DNA from: Leptonemataceae bacterium
GTDB taxonomy: Bacteria > Spirochaetota > Leptospiria > Leptospirales > Leptonemataceae
DNA: 64,000 bases
Reading direction: 5' to 3'
Assembly (NCBI GenBank): GCA_965227295.1
Contig: OZ245742.1
Coordinates: 5,760,001-5,824,000 of the forward strand
Part shown: one piece after another, positions 19,229 to 28,987 of the stretch
Numbering within the stretch: position 1 is the first letter of the stretch
How the letters are laid out: the number at the start of each line of letters is the position of its first letter
Translations under genes and position numbers: made by a program
Notes under the pieces: generated by a model
Told to the model about the DNA's origin: nothing
The model's database searches: none
Seen by the model: the letters and a program-made list of their open reading frames with translations, nothing else

Positions 19229-20413
19229 ATGTCCGAACAGAATTTGACGAACCCATCGTTCCGCCCGCTCGAACCCCTGGGCTGGGACCCCTATTTCGAA
19301 ACACAGTACCGCAACGCCCTTACGCGCTGCCCCGAACGCGAGTCCGACGCCGATTCCGTCTATGTCCCCGGCCGCGTCTTCGACGAGCGCCGGGACAGCT
19401 TCATCGTGCGCGGGCCACTAATATCTTCTGAACCTTTGTTAGAAGATTACACCGCGCGCCTGTCCGGTCGACTGCGCGGTCTCATCGCCGGCGGTGACGC
19501 GGTCCGCCCCGTGGCCGGAGACTGGGTGGTTCTCCGCATTGCCGGCTCCCGGGCGGCGCTCATCGAGGCCGTCTGCGAACGGCGCACCGATTTTTCACGC
19601 AAGGAGCCCGGGGAACGCACCGTGCGACGAACGGTCGCCGCGAACGTGGACGGCGTGCTGTTGGTTCAGGGCCTCGACGGGAACTACAATCCGCGACGCA
19701 CGGAACGGTATCTCACGGCCGCTTACGAAAGCGGCGCGCGGCCCATCATCGTGTTGAACAAGGCCGACCTCTGCGACAAAGATCAACTCGACGATCGTTT
19801 GCGCGAAACGGCCGCCGTCGCCCTCGGTGCTCCGCTCTTTGCGATCAGCGCCGGCGAAGGCACCGGCATTGCCGATCTGCGTTCCGTACTCGAAGCGCGT
19901 AAGACCTACGCCTGCCTGGGCAGTTCCGGGGCGGGCAAGTCCACGTTGATCAATCGCCTGATGGGCCGGGACGCTCAGGCGACGGCGTCCGTGCGCGGCG
20001 GCGACGCGAAGGGCCGTCACACGACGACGGCGCGGCGTTTGTTGAGTACGCCCGAGGGCATACTGCTCCTCGACACGCCGGGACTGCGCGAGCTGCAATT
20101 GTGGAGCGACGGCGGAGATACCGCCGAAGGCCTCGCCGAAGCTTTCGCGGACGTCCTTGCCCCGGCCGCGCATTGCCGCTTTCGGGATTGCTGCCACGAG
20201 GACGAACCCGGTTGTGCCGTGCAGGCGGCGATCGCCTCCGGTGAACTCGAGGCCTCACGCTTGAAGGCCTACCGTAAGATGCAACGCGAACTCCGTGTCC
20301 TGGAAGCTCGCAGCAACGAACGCGCGGCCTACGAAGAGAAACACCGTTTGAAAAGATTGCACGGCACGTATCGCAATATTCAACGCGAGAAACGCCGACG
20401 TCAGGGAAGATAG
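19229..20413 (+). CDS. rsgA: Ribosome small subunit-dependent GTPase A
   Basis: VAGDWV, AANVD, circularly permuted NKAD..GSSGAGKSTL..GRHTT..DTPG, Zn motif CRFRDCCHEDEPGC. Confidence 0.95.
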   Translation: MSEQNLTNPSFRPLEPLGWDPYFETQYRNALTRCPERESDADSVYVPGRVFDERRDSFIVRGPLISSEPLLEDYTARLSGRLRGLIAGGDAVRPVAGDWVVLRIAGSRAALIEAVCERRTDFSRKEPGERTVRRTVAANVDGVLLVQGLDGNYNPRRTERYLTAAYESGARPIIVLNKADLCDKDQLDDRLRETAAVALGAPLFAISAGEGTGIADLRSVLEARKTYACLGSSGAGKSTLINRLMGRDAQATASVRGGDAKGRHTTTARRLLSTPEGILLLDTPGLRELQLWSDGGDTAEGLAEAFADVLAPAAHCRFRDCCHEDEPGCAVQAAIASGELEASRLKAYRKMQRELRVLEARSNERAAYEEKHRLKRLHGTYRNIQREKRRRQGR

Positions 20414-20470
20414 TTTCATCCATTGCGCAATCCCGTTCGGACGGCGCCGTTTTTTTGCGTTTACAAATAC

Positions 20471-22393
20471 GTGAAGCAACGGTGTCGTCTGTCCGGGAGC
20501 GAAGCATTGAATCAAATCGGCGATTACGCACTTATCGGAGACTGCCATTCCGCGGCCCTGGTCGGCAAGGACGGTTCCATCGACTGGGCCTGCTTTCCCC
20601 GCTTTGATTCGCCGTCGGTCTTCGGTCGCATCCTGGACGAAAGCGCCGGCGGTTTCTTTCGGATCTGTCCGGCCGGCGCCCTCGACGGCGAAGGCACGTT
20701 AATGGACGGCACAGTCGTACAGCGGCGCTATCTTCCGAACACAAACGTTCTGGTTTCGCGCTTTGAAATCGGCGAGGCAATCCTCGAGGTAACCGATTGC
20801 ATGCCCGTGCGCCGCTATCAACCGGAGGACGCCTCCCGGGTCCGGGGCTTCGGTGCCATCTTACGCAAAGTACAGTGCATCGCCGGAAATCTCGACGTCC
20901 GCGTAAGCATCAACCCGCGCTTCGAGTACGGTTCGTTCACGCCGCGCTTTCGGGCCACATCCGAACGTACGATTGAAGTCGTCGGCGGGGCGGACGCGCT
21001 CTGGATCACCACGACGCATCCGCTGCCGTGCACCAAAGACAGCCTGGACACCATCGTTTCGCTAACATACGGCGAGACAATGTTTATCGAAGCGGCCTGG
21101 TCGGTGTCCCACGAGGAACGTTTACCGGAAGAACATCCCTCCGGCGCAGACCTGGCCGAGCGCCTGGAGAGTACCGTCGAGTTCTGGCACCAGTGGATCG
21201 GCCAGTGTCGCTACATCGGCGAGTTCGAAGAGCCGGTGCGCCGGAGCGCCCTGGTCCTTAAGATGCTCACGTACGCACCTACGGGGGCCGTGGTCGCCGC
21301 GCCGACGACTTCGTTACCGGAAGAAATCGGCGGCGTGCGCAACTGGGACTATCGTTACACCTGGATTCGCGACACCACGCTCACGCTCATCTCCCTGCTT
21401 GTGCTGGGCTTCCGCGCCGAGGCCGACGACTATCGTCAGTGGTTCCGCCGCACGTCCGCCGGTCGCGCGGAGGACCTGCAAATCATGTACGGCATCGACG
21501 GTACGCGTTCGCTGCCGGAGATCGAGCTCAGTCACCTGGCCGGCCATCGCGGTTCGAAGCCGGTACGCATCGGCAACGGCGCCGTAAAACAGATGCAACT
21601 CGATGTTTACGGTTCCATCTTACAGATCGTGTACATCTACGTGAAGACCGGCGGCACCGTTACGGAGACGAACTGGGAATTCCTGCGCGGCCTGGCCGAC
21701 ATCGTCTGTGAGCGCTGGGAGAAACCGGACCAGGGCATCTGGGAAATCCGCGACGAGCCGCGCCACTTCATTCACAGCAAGCTGTTGTGCTGGGCCGCGC
21801 TGGACCGCGCGGTCAAACTCTCCGAAAGAAACAATCTCCCGGGTGATCGCATCAACTGGAAGAACCACTGCGAACGGGTGCGTGAGTACTTAATGGAAGA
21901 AGGCGCGCGTCCCGGTTGGTTCCCGCAGTCCGTGGGCAGCGAGGCCGCCGACGCCTCGTCGCTGCTCGTCCCCGCCATGGGCTTTCTGCCGCCGAAACAT
22001 CCCGCGGTTCTCGCCACGATCGAAAACGTGCGCGATCAGCTCGAAAACGACGGCCTGGTGTATCGTTACCTGGCCGGCGACGGCCTGGACGGCCACGAGG
22101 GCGGCTTTCTGTTGTGTTCGTTCTGGTTGCTCGACGCCCTCATTCACAGCGGCCGCCTGGACGAAAGCGAGAAACTGCTGCAACGACTGCTCGCCCTGGA
22201 GAACGACGTCGGCCTCTATGCCGAAGAAGCCATCCCCGAAAGCGGTGAGGCCCTGGGAAACTTTCCGCAAGCTTTCACTCACATGGCGTTAGTGACTTCC
22301 TGCGCGCATCTGTCAGCGGCGCGGCGGGGGGCTCTGCCGCCGGACGGGACCGCGTACGACTTTGCCGAGTTTGCGCTGTCGCAGTTGCGATAA
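20471..22393 (+). CDS. Glycoside hydrolase family 15 (trehalase/glucoamylase-like); start approximate
   Basis: IGDYALIGDC, DGSIDW.C.PRFDSPS, AAPTTSLPE..GG.RNWDYRYTWIRD, QLDVYG, GNFPQAFTH. Confidence 0.93.
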   Translation: MKQRCRLSGSEALNQIGDYALIGDCHSAALVGKDGSIDWACFPRFDSPSVFGRILDESAGGFFRICPAGALDGEGTLMDGTVVQRRYLPNTNVLVSRFEIGEAILEVTDCMPVRRYQPEDASRVRGFGAILRKVQCIAGNLDVRVSINPRFEYGSFTPRFRATSERTIEVVGGADALWITTTHPLPCTKDSLDTIVSLTYGETMFIEAAWSVSHEERLPEEHPSGADLAERLESTVEFWHQWIGQCRYIGEFEEPVRRSALVLKMLTYAPTGAVVAAPTTSLPEEIGGVRNWDYRYTWIRDTTLTLISLLVLGFRAEADDYRQWFRRTSAGRAEDLQIMYGIDGTRSLPEIELSHLAGHRGSKPVRIGNGAVKQMQLDVYGSILQIVYIYVKTGGTVTETNWEFLRGLADIVCERWEKPDQGIWEIRDEPRHFIHSKLLCWAALDRAVKLSERNNLPGDRINWKNHCERVREYLMEEGARPGWFPQSVGSEAADASSLLVPAMGFLPPKHPAVLATIENVRDQLENDGLVYRYLAGDGLDGHEGGFLLCSFWLLDALIHSGRLDESEKLLQRLLALENDVGLYAEEAIPESGEALGNFPQAFTHMALVTSCAHLSAARRGALPPDGTAYDFAEFALSQLR

Positions 22394-22416
22394 CTATTCC
22401 GGCGCGAAGCATTGCC

Positions 22417-23244
22417 TCATTGGCACGGCGCGTCGCCGTTCTGGACGAGGTATTCCTCGCCGGCCTCATCGTAGTAAATCGAAACGCCGTCTTCGCTCAC
22501 CGATCCGCCCGAATTGGTTCGGAGCTGCCAGCAGCGCGGCTCCGCGGCAGCGCGCGCCCGGTTCGTTCGCGCGTCCACGTAGATCGTGCGATCCGCCGCG
22601 CGTACGTACGCGCCGCCGGAATCCGGCGCCCACACCGGGCCGTCCGTGTACGGGATGTCGGAGACGTATACATCGTTTGCAAACTGCAGTTTATTCGAAG
22701 CTAACACCCCGATGCGCAATCGCCAGAGGTCCGTTCCCGGCGGCGCATCCATGCCGGGGCGCAGTTCTTCGAGCACCGCCACGAACTTCGCGTCCGGCGA
22801 CGGTACCGCGGCGATGATCTGCATGGAATCATCCTGGGGCAAATCATGCAACTGAACTGCGGCGTCACGCTCGCGCACATAGACCGCACGCGCCGCCGAG
22901 CCGTAGTCGTCGCCGGTGCCGCCGAGAAAGACGAAGGCATTCGGCCGTACGGCATACAGTGAATCCGCAACGATCCAGCCCGGGAACTCAAACGCCGGCG
23001 CCGAACGAACGTTTTTGCCCCGTATCTCAAGGGCGAGGACCTCCGTGCGATAGTCGCGCTTGTGAGTCGTGCCCGAGAGCGGATCCAGGGGTGCCTTCTC
23101 GCGATAGTGCAAGCGCACTTCGGCAAAACTCCGGCCGCCCAACCAGGCAATGCTGCGATCCGGACCGCCGGACCGCCAGAACAGCATCCGGCAGCCGGCG
23201 GCCAGGGCGAGCAGCAGCATCAGACTAACTATAACCCACCGCAA
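22417..23244 (-). CDS. Hypothetical lipoprotein
   Basis: Signal peptide with LAAG-C lipobox; starts 1 nt after the stop of the upstream gene. Confidence 0.65.
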   Translation of the reverse strand: MRWVIVSLMLLLALAAGCRMLFWRSGGPDRSIAWLGGRSFAEVRLHYREKAPLDPLSGTTHKRDYRTEVLALEIRGKNVRSAPAFEFPGWIVADSLYAVRPNAFVFLGGTGDDYGSAARAVYVRERDAAVQLHDLPQDDSMQIIAAVPSPDAKFVAVLEELRPGMDAPPGTDLWRLRIGVLASNKLQFANDVYVSDIPYTDGPVWAPDSGGAYVRAADRTIYVDARTNRARAAAEPRCWQLRTNSGGSVSEDGVSIYYDEAGEEYLVQNGDAPCQ

Positions 23245-23245
23245 G

Positions 23246-24520
23246 TTACTGACCGCTCAATTCCTGGAGCCGGCGCAGGCGACGATCTTTGTCCGGCGAC
23301 TGCCACTGCTCGTCCGAGAAGTCGTCGAAGCTGTAGCTCCGCGTCGTGTGCGTTTTGTCCGTATACGGAATGTAGAGCAGGATCGGCTCCTTCTTCGGTT
23401 CCGCCGTCTCGATGGCCTTGAGTTTGGTAGGATCTTCCAGCCAGGACGCCGGGAACGGCAGATTCTCGCAGGTACCGCGCAGGTCACGCAATACGAAGCG
23501 CCCCTCGTAACCGTTGTCCCGAAAGATCTTACCGAAGAACTCGAACGTTACGATCTGCCGGCCCGGGCTCAGCACTTTATCGACGGCGGCCCAGTGCGTG
23601 GGCTCGTCCGCCTCGATCGAAAACAAATTCGCGTGCAGACTGTAACGACATTCGCGGCTCACATCCAGAACGGCGTCGATGTAGAGCGAGCCGTTCTCCA
23701 GACGATCCGTAAACTGTCCGGTAAAACGTGCCGGTACCATGGGCGACGAGTAAAACGATTGCTGGAGTTCCACCTCGCTGTCGCCCTCGAGGCCGGGCAC
23801 CCGCGCGCGTACTTTCAACGTGAGGTTGCCCCAGTACTTCTTGTCTCCCGACGGCGCCTCCCAGGTGAAGACGTAACCGCCGCCGGCGTTCTCTTTGAAC
23901 TCCACACTGCCGAGTCCGGGTTTACCGAAGTTCGGATCGCCTTCGAGTTGCGCGCCGAGAATCTCCACCCCGCCCACGGGACCGCCGTTCGCATCCAGAA
24001 CGCTGAGTCGTGCTTCCAGGGTATCGTCCGAGGTAACGGTATGTTTGTTGAGTTCGAAGACAAAACGCGGCGCGCCCTTTGCGCGTTTGTCCAGTTCTTG
24101 CAGGACCTCTTCTTTCGATTTACCGCCCGCCGCCAGTTCTTCGACGTACTTGCGCAGTTGCTCTTCAGTGCGCAGGTTCGGATCGTTTAAAATCGGCAGC
24201 GGAAGATTCTTGATCTGCCAGGGATTGATCAGGTCCGTCATGTCGCGGCGCAGCGGTCGTGAGTTCGGCGGGTACTGCGCGTAGGATCGATACGATTCCA
24301 GCATGGCCTCCGGGGACGGACCGCGTTCCACCAGGCGTTCCAGTTCCCGCGGCGACAGGAAGCCCTCGTCACCGGTGCGAGAAATTACGTCGTCGCCGCG
24401 CCCGAACTCACCGGCCGGGCCGTCCAGAATGCCGCCGGATTCTTCGCCGGACATGAGGAAGATCAGTACAATCAACAGTACGGCCGCGACCGCAATGGGA
24501 ATCAGAAGTTTCGCTTTCAT
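23246..24520 (-). CDS. Hypothetical membrane-anchored exported protein (beta-rich)
   Basis: N-terminal anchor MKAKLLIPIAVAAVLLIVLIFL; YAQYPPNSRPL motif; coding-like codon bias. Confidence 0.8.
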   Translation of the reverse strand: MKAKLLIPIAVAAVLLIVLIFLMSGEESGGILDGPAGEFGRGDDVISRTGDEGFLSPRELERLVERGPSPEAMLESYRSYAQYPPNSRPLRRDMTDLINPWQIKNLPLPILNDPNLRTEEQLRKYVEELAAGGKSKEEVLQELDKRAKGAPRFVFELNKHTVTSDDTLEARLSVLDANGGPVGGVEILGAQLEGDPNFGKPGLGSVEFKENAGGGYVFTWEAPSGDKKYWGNLTLKVRARVPGLEGDSEVELQQSFYSSPMVPARFTGQFTDRLENGSLYIDAVLDVSRECRYSLHANLFSIEADEPTHWAAVDKVLSPGRQIVTFEFFGKIFRDNGYEGRFVLRDLRGTCENLPFPASWLEDPTKLKAIETAEPKKEPILLYIPYTDKTHTTRSYSFDDFSDEQWQSPDKDRRLRRLQELSGQ

Positions 24521-24582
24521 TCAATCAACTCGTGTATTTGGATTTCCCTCAGTATGCCACTTGCCTCTTTTCTATGAACAAC

Positions 24583-24611
24583 AAAAAAGCCCCCGCTTTA
24601 CGGAGGCTTTT
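24583..24611 (-). terminator. Intrinsic terminator downstream of the alpha/beta hydrolase
   Basis: Minus strand GCCTCCG-TAAAG-CGGGGGC followed by TTTTTT. Confidence 0.7.
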
Positions 24612-24772
24612 GTTTACTTCGGGGCGCTTACGCGCCCGTCCGTGTCTTGTTTCCTTTTAGTGACAACTCTTATCCTGTATACTCTCTAACTTTCTTTTAT
24701 GTTTCTTTAACGCTTTGTTTTTATGTGTGCGTCGGTAAGACTCTTCGCATGAACCGCCGGTGTGCGGGCTGC

Positions 24773-25624
24773 CTACTGGCAACCCCATCCGCTGGATTTA
24801 CACCGGTTCCATTCCCGTTTTGTAGCGTCGTTGATCGAACTGCCGCCGTCGCCGACGTGCGTGCGATCGTAGCCCTGCTTGGAGCTGCTGTAATCGCTGC
24901 TCGATGAACCGCCCCAGATGTAGTGATAGGAATACTTTGCTTTGTCGCACTTGCTGTGGCTGCCCTTGCTGCTGTGACCGCAGGTGCTGTGGAAGGAGAC
25001 CGCGCCGTCATCTTCGCCGGGCAGATACCAGGCTGAATACCAATCGCCGTCGTAGCCGGCGAGGCTCCAGATGCCCACGCCCTTCGTGTCGTTGTGGTTG
25101 TAGGAACCGCGGGCGTTGCCGGTCTTCAGTGCGGAGACCATGCTGTTGGATTCCCAGAACGCGAGGTCCGCAAGCTCGGAACCGCCGGCCGCGCTGGAAG
25201 ACGCCATGACCCAGTCGATGTTAAAGCTGCCGCTCGTCTTATCGAGGAAGTACTCGGTGGCGTAGCAACCGGCACTGTGGCAGATGACCTTGCAGTGATT
25301 CGAACCCGTGCAGCGCTGGTTCAGCACCGTGTTGAGGCTCGACTGCGCGCGGCAAGATCCCCAGGTCCGCGGGTCCGAAGATCCGTCGTAGCCGACGAAG
25401 TAGCGGGTCAGCGAGGTATTGATGTTCTTCGCGTTGCCCCAGTAGTTACCGTTGTCGCTCGTGCTGGTGCCGCAGTGGTTGCTGCCGGAGCGGCCGTGAA
25501 CGAAGATAACATAATCTGCCGCCGCGAGCTCCCCCGAACCCGCGACAAACAGAACCCCGGCCGCCGCCAGAACGGCAACCTGGAACAGACTCTGAACTTT
25601 CTTATGAACTCTCTTTGTTTGCAT
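24773..25624 (-). CDS. Secreted alpha/beta hydrolase (lipase/esterase-like), Cys-rich
   Basis: Signal peptide; FVHGRSG oxyanion region; CHSAG nucleophile elbow; AAGGSELA; PGEDDGAV. Confidence 0.8.
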   Translation of the reverse strand: MQTKRVHKKVQSLFQVAVLAAAGVLFVAGSGELAAADYVIFVHGRSGSNHCGTSTSDNGNYWGNAKNINTSLTRYFVGYDGSSDPRTWGSCRAQSSLNTVLNQRCTGSNHCKVICHSAGCYATEYFLDKTSGSFNIDWVMASSSAAGGSELADLAFWESNSMVSALKTGNARGSYNHNDTKGVGIWSLAGYDGDWYSAWYLPGEDDGAVSFHSTCGHSSKGSHSKCDKAKYSYHYIWGGSSSSDYSSSKQGYDRTHVGDGGSSINDATKREWNRCKSSGWGCQ

Positions 25625-25660
25625 GACGATTCCTGTTTGTGTCAGTGATGGGAATAGTAT

Positions 25661-25676
25661 TGCACAACCCGTGCCA
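25661..25676 (-). promoter_or_regulatory. sigma54 (RpoN) -24/-12 promoter
   Basis: Minus strand TGGCACGGGTTGTGCA versus consensus TGGCACG-N4-TTGCW (one mismatch), about 37 nt before ATG 25624. Confidence 0.7.
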
Positions 25677-25813
25677 GCTTCGTGAAAATAACGAATTCGT
25701 GACTAAAAAGTCCGCCAATACAGCAAAGATCGCAATTTCTTCCACAATAACGACGCAGCGAGGGCATGCCATGCCTGCCATAGTGCACCGCAAACCCACA
25801 GAATTAACAGTTC

Positions 25814-25894
25814 TGCACCAAAGGACTAATCTATTTTGGTGCATCCCGAAATCCCGCCCCTGGCTTAATCTCAATCCAGCACTATTTTGGTGCG
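25814..25894. promoter_or_regulatory. NtrC-type enhancer boxes
   Basis: AGCACTATTTTGGTGCG (25878-25894, GCAC-N7-GTGC) plus half sites TGCACCAAA (25814) and CTATTTTGGTGCA (25831-25843). Confidence 0.55.
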
Positions 25895-25991
25895 CAATTT
25901 GTGCGCCTTCCCCCCGGCGGACAGAGCAGCCATCGCCTGGCCCTCCAAAAATCGGCTTGCGAATCCAGGGCTGCCATGCTTCGTACGTTGT

Positions 25992-26576
25992 GTGAAGCGC
26001 ATAGCAATCATGGCGGTGCTCCTGCCGGTTCTGGTTCTCTTCTGCGGGGGCCGCTGTTTTCTCTTCAGCACCACGCAGAGCTTCAGCAGCCAGTTCGACG
26101 ATGCGAGCGTCAGCACCCGGATTCGTGCCCTTCTGATCCAGGATCCCGATGTCAATCCGCTGAGCATCACGGTGGCCACGGACGAGGGTGAGGTCTTTCT
26201 CCTCGGGCGGGTCAGCAGCAAAGAGGAACGCCTGAAGGCTGAGCGCCACGCGCGCAGCATCGACGGCGTGTGGTCGGTGATGAACCATCTCCGGGTGGGC
26301 GTAAAGACCGAGAGCACCACCTACGCGGACATCCAACTGCGCCAGAAGATCGAAGCACGGCTGCTCCGGGATCAGGACATCCTGGCGCTGAACCTGCGGG
26401 TCTTTACGAACGAAGGTGAGGCGTACCTCCTCGGGCGGGTCCGCAACGATCAGGAACGACGGCAGGCCGTCGCCGTGGCCCGGGAGACGGAGGGCGTGCG
26501 GGAAGTCTTTAATTACATCAAGGCCGGTCTGGTGAAGGCCGAGGCGGAGACCGTCCGAGAACAGACCGCGGAATAG
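25992..26576 (+). CDS. Dual BON-domain (OsmY/DolP-like) exported protein
   Basis: Signal-like N-terminus; two BON repeats (DDASVSTRIRALL...GEVFLLGRV...GVWSV.N.L). Confidence 0.88.
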   Translation: MKRIAIMAVLLPVLVLFCGGRCFLFSTTQSFSSQFDDASVSTRIRALLIQDPDVNPLSITVATDEGEVFLLGRVSSKEERLKAERHARSIDGVWSVMNHLRVGVKTESTTYADIQLRQKIEARLLRDQDILALNLRVFTNEGEAYLLGRVRNDQERRQAVAVARETEGVREVFNYIKAGLVKAEAETVREQTAE

Positions 26577-26590
26577 CCCGGCGACACCGG

Positions 26591-27457
26591 TCAGCCTCCC
26601 CGGGACAGGTCATCCAGGTCGGCAATGAACCCGTCCAATCGTTGCAGGAAGTTTCGCTTCTGCTGTTCGCTGAGTTCGGCCTGCATTTTCAGGATGAGAT
26701 CCTTCGTGGCCGCCCGCCAGCGCTCGCGGTCCCGTCGATAGTAGGCGGGGGTGTTTTGATCCGGGCGGTGCAACCAATCTTCCAGAGCACCGCGCAACTC
26801 CCCGGGATCACCACCGGACGCGGGCAGGAGCGCCAGGAACTCCTTCTGGCGCTCCCGGCGATAGCGCAGGCGACTGCGCTCCAGTTCCGGGACTTCACGC
26901 ACGAGCGCGGCGAAACGATCCCGTTGGGCCGGCGTGAGTCCGCCCGTCCAATCTTCCAGAAAATCCAGACCTTTTTGCGTTTTCTCCGCCAGGCGTTCTT
27001 CCCGCGTCATGCGGATCTTCTCCACGATCTCGCCGTTCTTCTCTTCCAGAATGCCGCTCAGATACTTCACCTGGGCGGGATTGAGGGTCTTCAGAAAACT
27101 CACGGAGTCGGGATAGATCCGCCGATAGACGGCATCCCGGAAGCTGCGTCCCCGATCAAAGAGCCAGTCCACGTCGGAACCACCGAGGCCACGCTCTGCT
27201 CGCTTACGAAAATCGCGCAACGTCCGGGCATAGCGCGGCAGTTCCTGCTGCCTGTGCCAGCGATGGTGCACCGCGATACGCCGGGACAGAGAATCGTACT
27301 GGTTCGAACTGAGATCGAAATAGCCGTTCAGCTCGCGCATCACCAGAAAGTCGGCGTTGTTGTAAGCCTGGCGGTAAATGAAACGCGCACAGCCGCTCGT
27401 AAGCAGGGCGAGAATCAGCAGGAAGATGAGTCGGCGGGCAAGCGAAGAGAAAGTCAT
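26591..27457 (-). CDS. DUF6279-like lipoprotein
   Basis: Lipobox LTSG-C; AYNNADF...YFDL...WHRQQELPRY; W.G.LT..Q. Confidence 0.75.
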   Translation of the reverse strand: MTFSSLARRLIFLLILALLTSGCARFIYRQAYNNADFLVMRELNGYFDLSSNQYDSLSRRIAVHHRWHRQQELPRYARTLRDFRKRAERGLGGSDVDWLFDRGRSFRDAVYRRIYPDSVSFLKTLNPAQVKYLSGILEEKNGEIVEKIRMTREERLAEKTQKGLDFLEDWTGGLTPAQRDRFAALVREVPELERSRLRYRRERQKEFLALLPASGGDPGELRGALEDWLHRPDQNTPAYYRRDRERWRAATKDLILKMQAELSEQQKRNFLQRLDGFIADLDDLSRGG

Positions 27458-27565
27458 CGGGGTTCCTCTTAGCTTCTTATTAAGGCAAGCCCTTGCGGCG
27501 AAGACAAGCGGTTTTCCGCACTCGAAGACTCAGCCCGTAAAAAAAGGCGCCGGGATCGGCAGGAT

Positions 27566-28171
27566 CTACTGGTTCAGGAGAATCGTTCCGACGTCCACCG
27601 TCGTGTTTTCGGAAGAGACCGTAACCGTACTGCCGGAAGACTCGGACGTACTCAGCGCGCCGCCCGAGCCGGTATACCAGCCGTCCGTAAACGATGCCGG
27701 CGTCTGAAAGCAGTCGATGTGCGTATCCACCCGACCGGCGAAGTCGCTGTCGATGGATTCGATCGCGATTTTGTAATCGGCGCCGCCCGCGGGCACACCG
27801 GCCAGAATAAAACTGCCGTCGCGGTTCACGCTGCTGTAGGTCGAAGCGAAGACCGTGGAACTCTGCCGCGCGATGACCACGGCGCTCACGACGGGAGCAC
27901 CGGCCGCGGTGAGGATTCTGCCCTGGATGGTAGCACGATTGTTCATGGCGTTCGGCGCACGCGCGCTGTCCGCAACAGGTGACGCCACCGAATTGCAGGC
28001 GTTATTCAGCACGGACACGACACCCACGAACAAGAGGCCGATGAGCAACAGATCGTCATTGTCGTCGGAGGCCGGCGGGGTCAGGGCGTTGCAAGCACTG
28101 CCGCTGCTCAGGAGAAACGACAGGATCGCGCCCAGGGCGAGCAGGCGCACGCTTTTGTTTTTTGAGTGCAT
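27566..28171 (-). CDS. Lipoprotein with carboxypeptidase-regulatory-like (transthyretin-like) domain
   Basis: Lipobox SGSA-C; TIQGRIL...PVVSAVV...DGSFILAGVPAG..YKIAIE; GAGGAG RBS. Confidence 0.75.
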   Translation of the reverse strand: MHSKNKSVRLLALGAILSFLLSSGSACNALTPPASDDNDDLLLIGLLFVGVVSVLNNACNSVASPVADSARAPNAMNNRATIQGRILTAAGAPVVSAVVIARQSSTVFASTYSSVNRDGSFILAGVPAGGADYKIAIESIDSDFAGRVDTHIDCFQTPASFTDGWYTGSGGALSTSESSGSTVTVSSENTTVDVGTILLNQ

Positions 28172-28194
28172 TGTAAATCGCTCCTCGGTGAAAG

Positions 28195-28950
28195 TTACGG
28201 ACCGTAGACCGCCGCGGCGCCGGCCTTTTCATCGTCCGTAAGCGTGTTTCGCTGGAACGAACTGAAGACGAAGGGATACATCACCGGCAAATTCTGTACC
28301 GTCGTAGAAAACGCCGAACCGTTGAGCCCGCTGATCGAGTGAGCAAAGCCGAGGGTGTGGCCGATCTCATGCAATAACGTGTACTCGTACAGCGTGCACG
28401 TACCGGAGACTGTCAGACAGCTACTGGCACTGGTTGATAACGAGGAGTTGCTCGCGTTCAAGACCAACGTGGCGGCACAGATGTCCTGCGGCCGGCTGGT
28501 GTTGAGGTTCAGAGGAATGCCGATGCCCAGAATTCCGCTGGTCGGATCGGCGCCGAGGGCACGCAGCACGGAGCCGTCCGTATCCCAGACCACGCGCAAC
28601 TGCCCCGCCACCGGCGAGTTAATGAACGCCGTGGTACCGGAGGCGTCGAAGGACTGATCGTACGAAGGCGAAGCGAAGAGCGTACGATTCGAAATAGTGC
28701 CGTTCCATTGATCCAGCACACCCTGCACGATGTTGCCCCGGGCATTCGTGGGAATGTCGCTATCGAAGAGCGGTGTGATGGACGAAGCCGTATTGCACGA
28801 ACTCTCGAATGCCCAACGTTCACGCTCGCCGTTGCCGGCCGTAAAATAGTACCAGGCGTTCGCCGGTGCAAAGGTCGCGACGGCTACCCCGGCGGCGAGC
28901 AATCCGGTAAACACACGGCGGGAAAAGAGCGAAAAAATGGCGACGGTCAT
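28195..28950 (-). CDS. Secreted matrixin-family (metzincin) zinc metalloprotease
   Basis: Signal peptide; HEIGHTLGFAH (HExxHxxGxxH); Met-turn VMYP; LTDDEKAG...YG. Confidence 0.9.
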   Translation of the reverse strand: MTVAIFSLFSRRVFTGLLAAGVAVATFAPANAWYYFTAGNGERERWAFESSCNTASSITPLFDSDIPTNARGNIVQGVLDQWNGTISNRTLFASPSYDQSFDASGTTAFINSPVAGQLRVVWDTDGSVLRALGADPTSGILGIGIPLNLNTSRPQDICAATLVLNASNSSLSTSASSCLTVSGTCTLYEYTLLHEIGHTLGFAHSISGLNGSAFSTTVQNLPVMYPFVFSSFQRNTLTDDEKAGAAAVYGP

Positions 28951-28987
28951 GCGATGTTCAGTCCGTTTAAGATTAGATCACAGAAAC

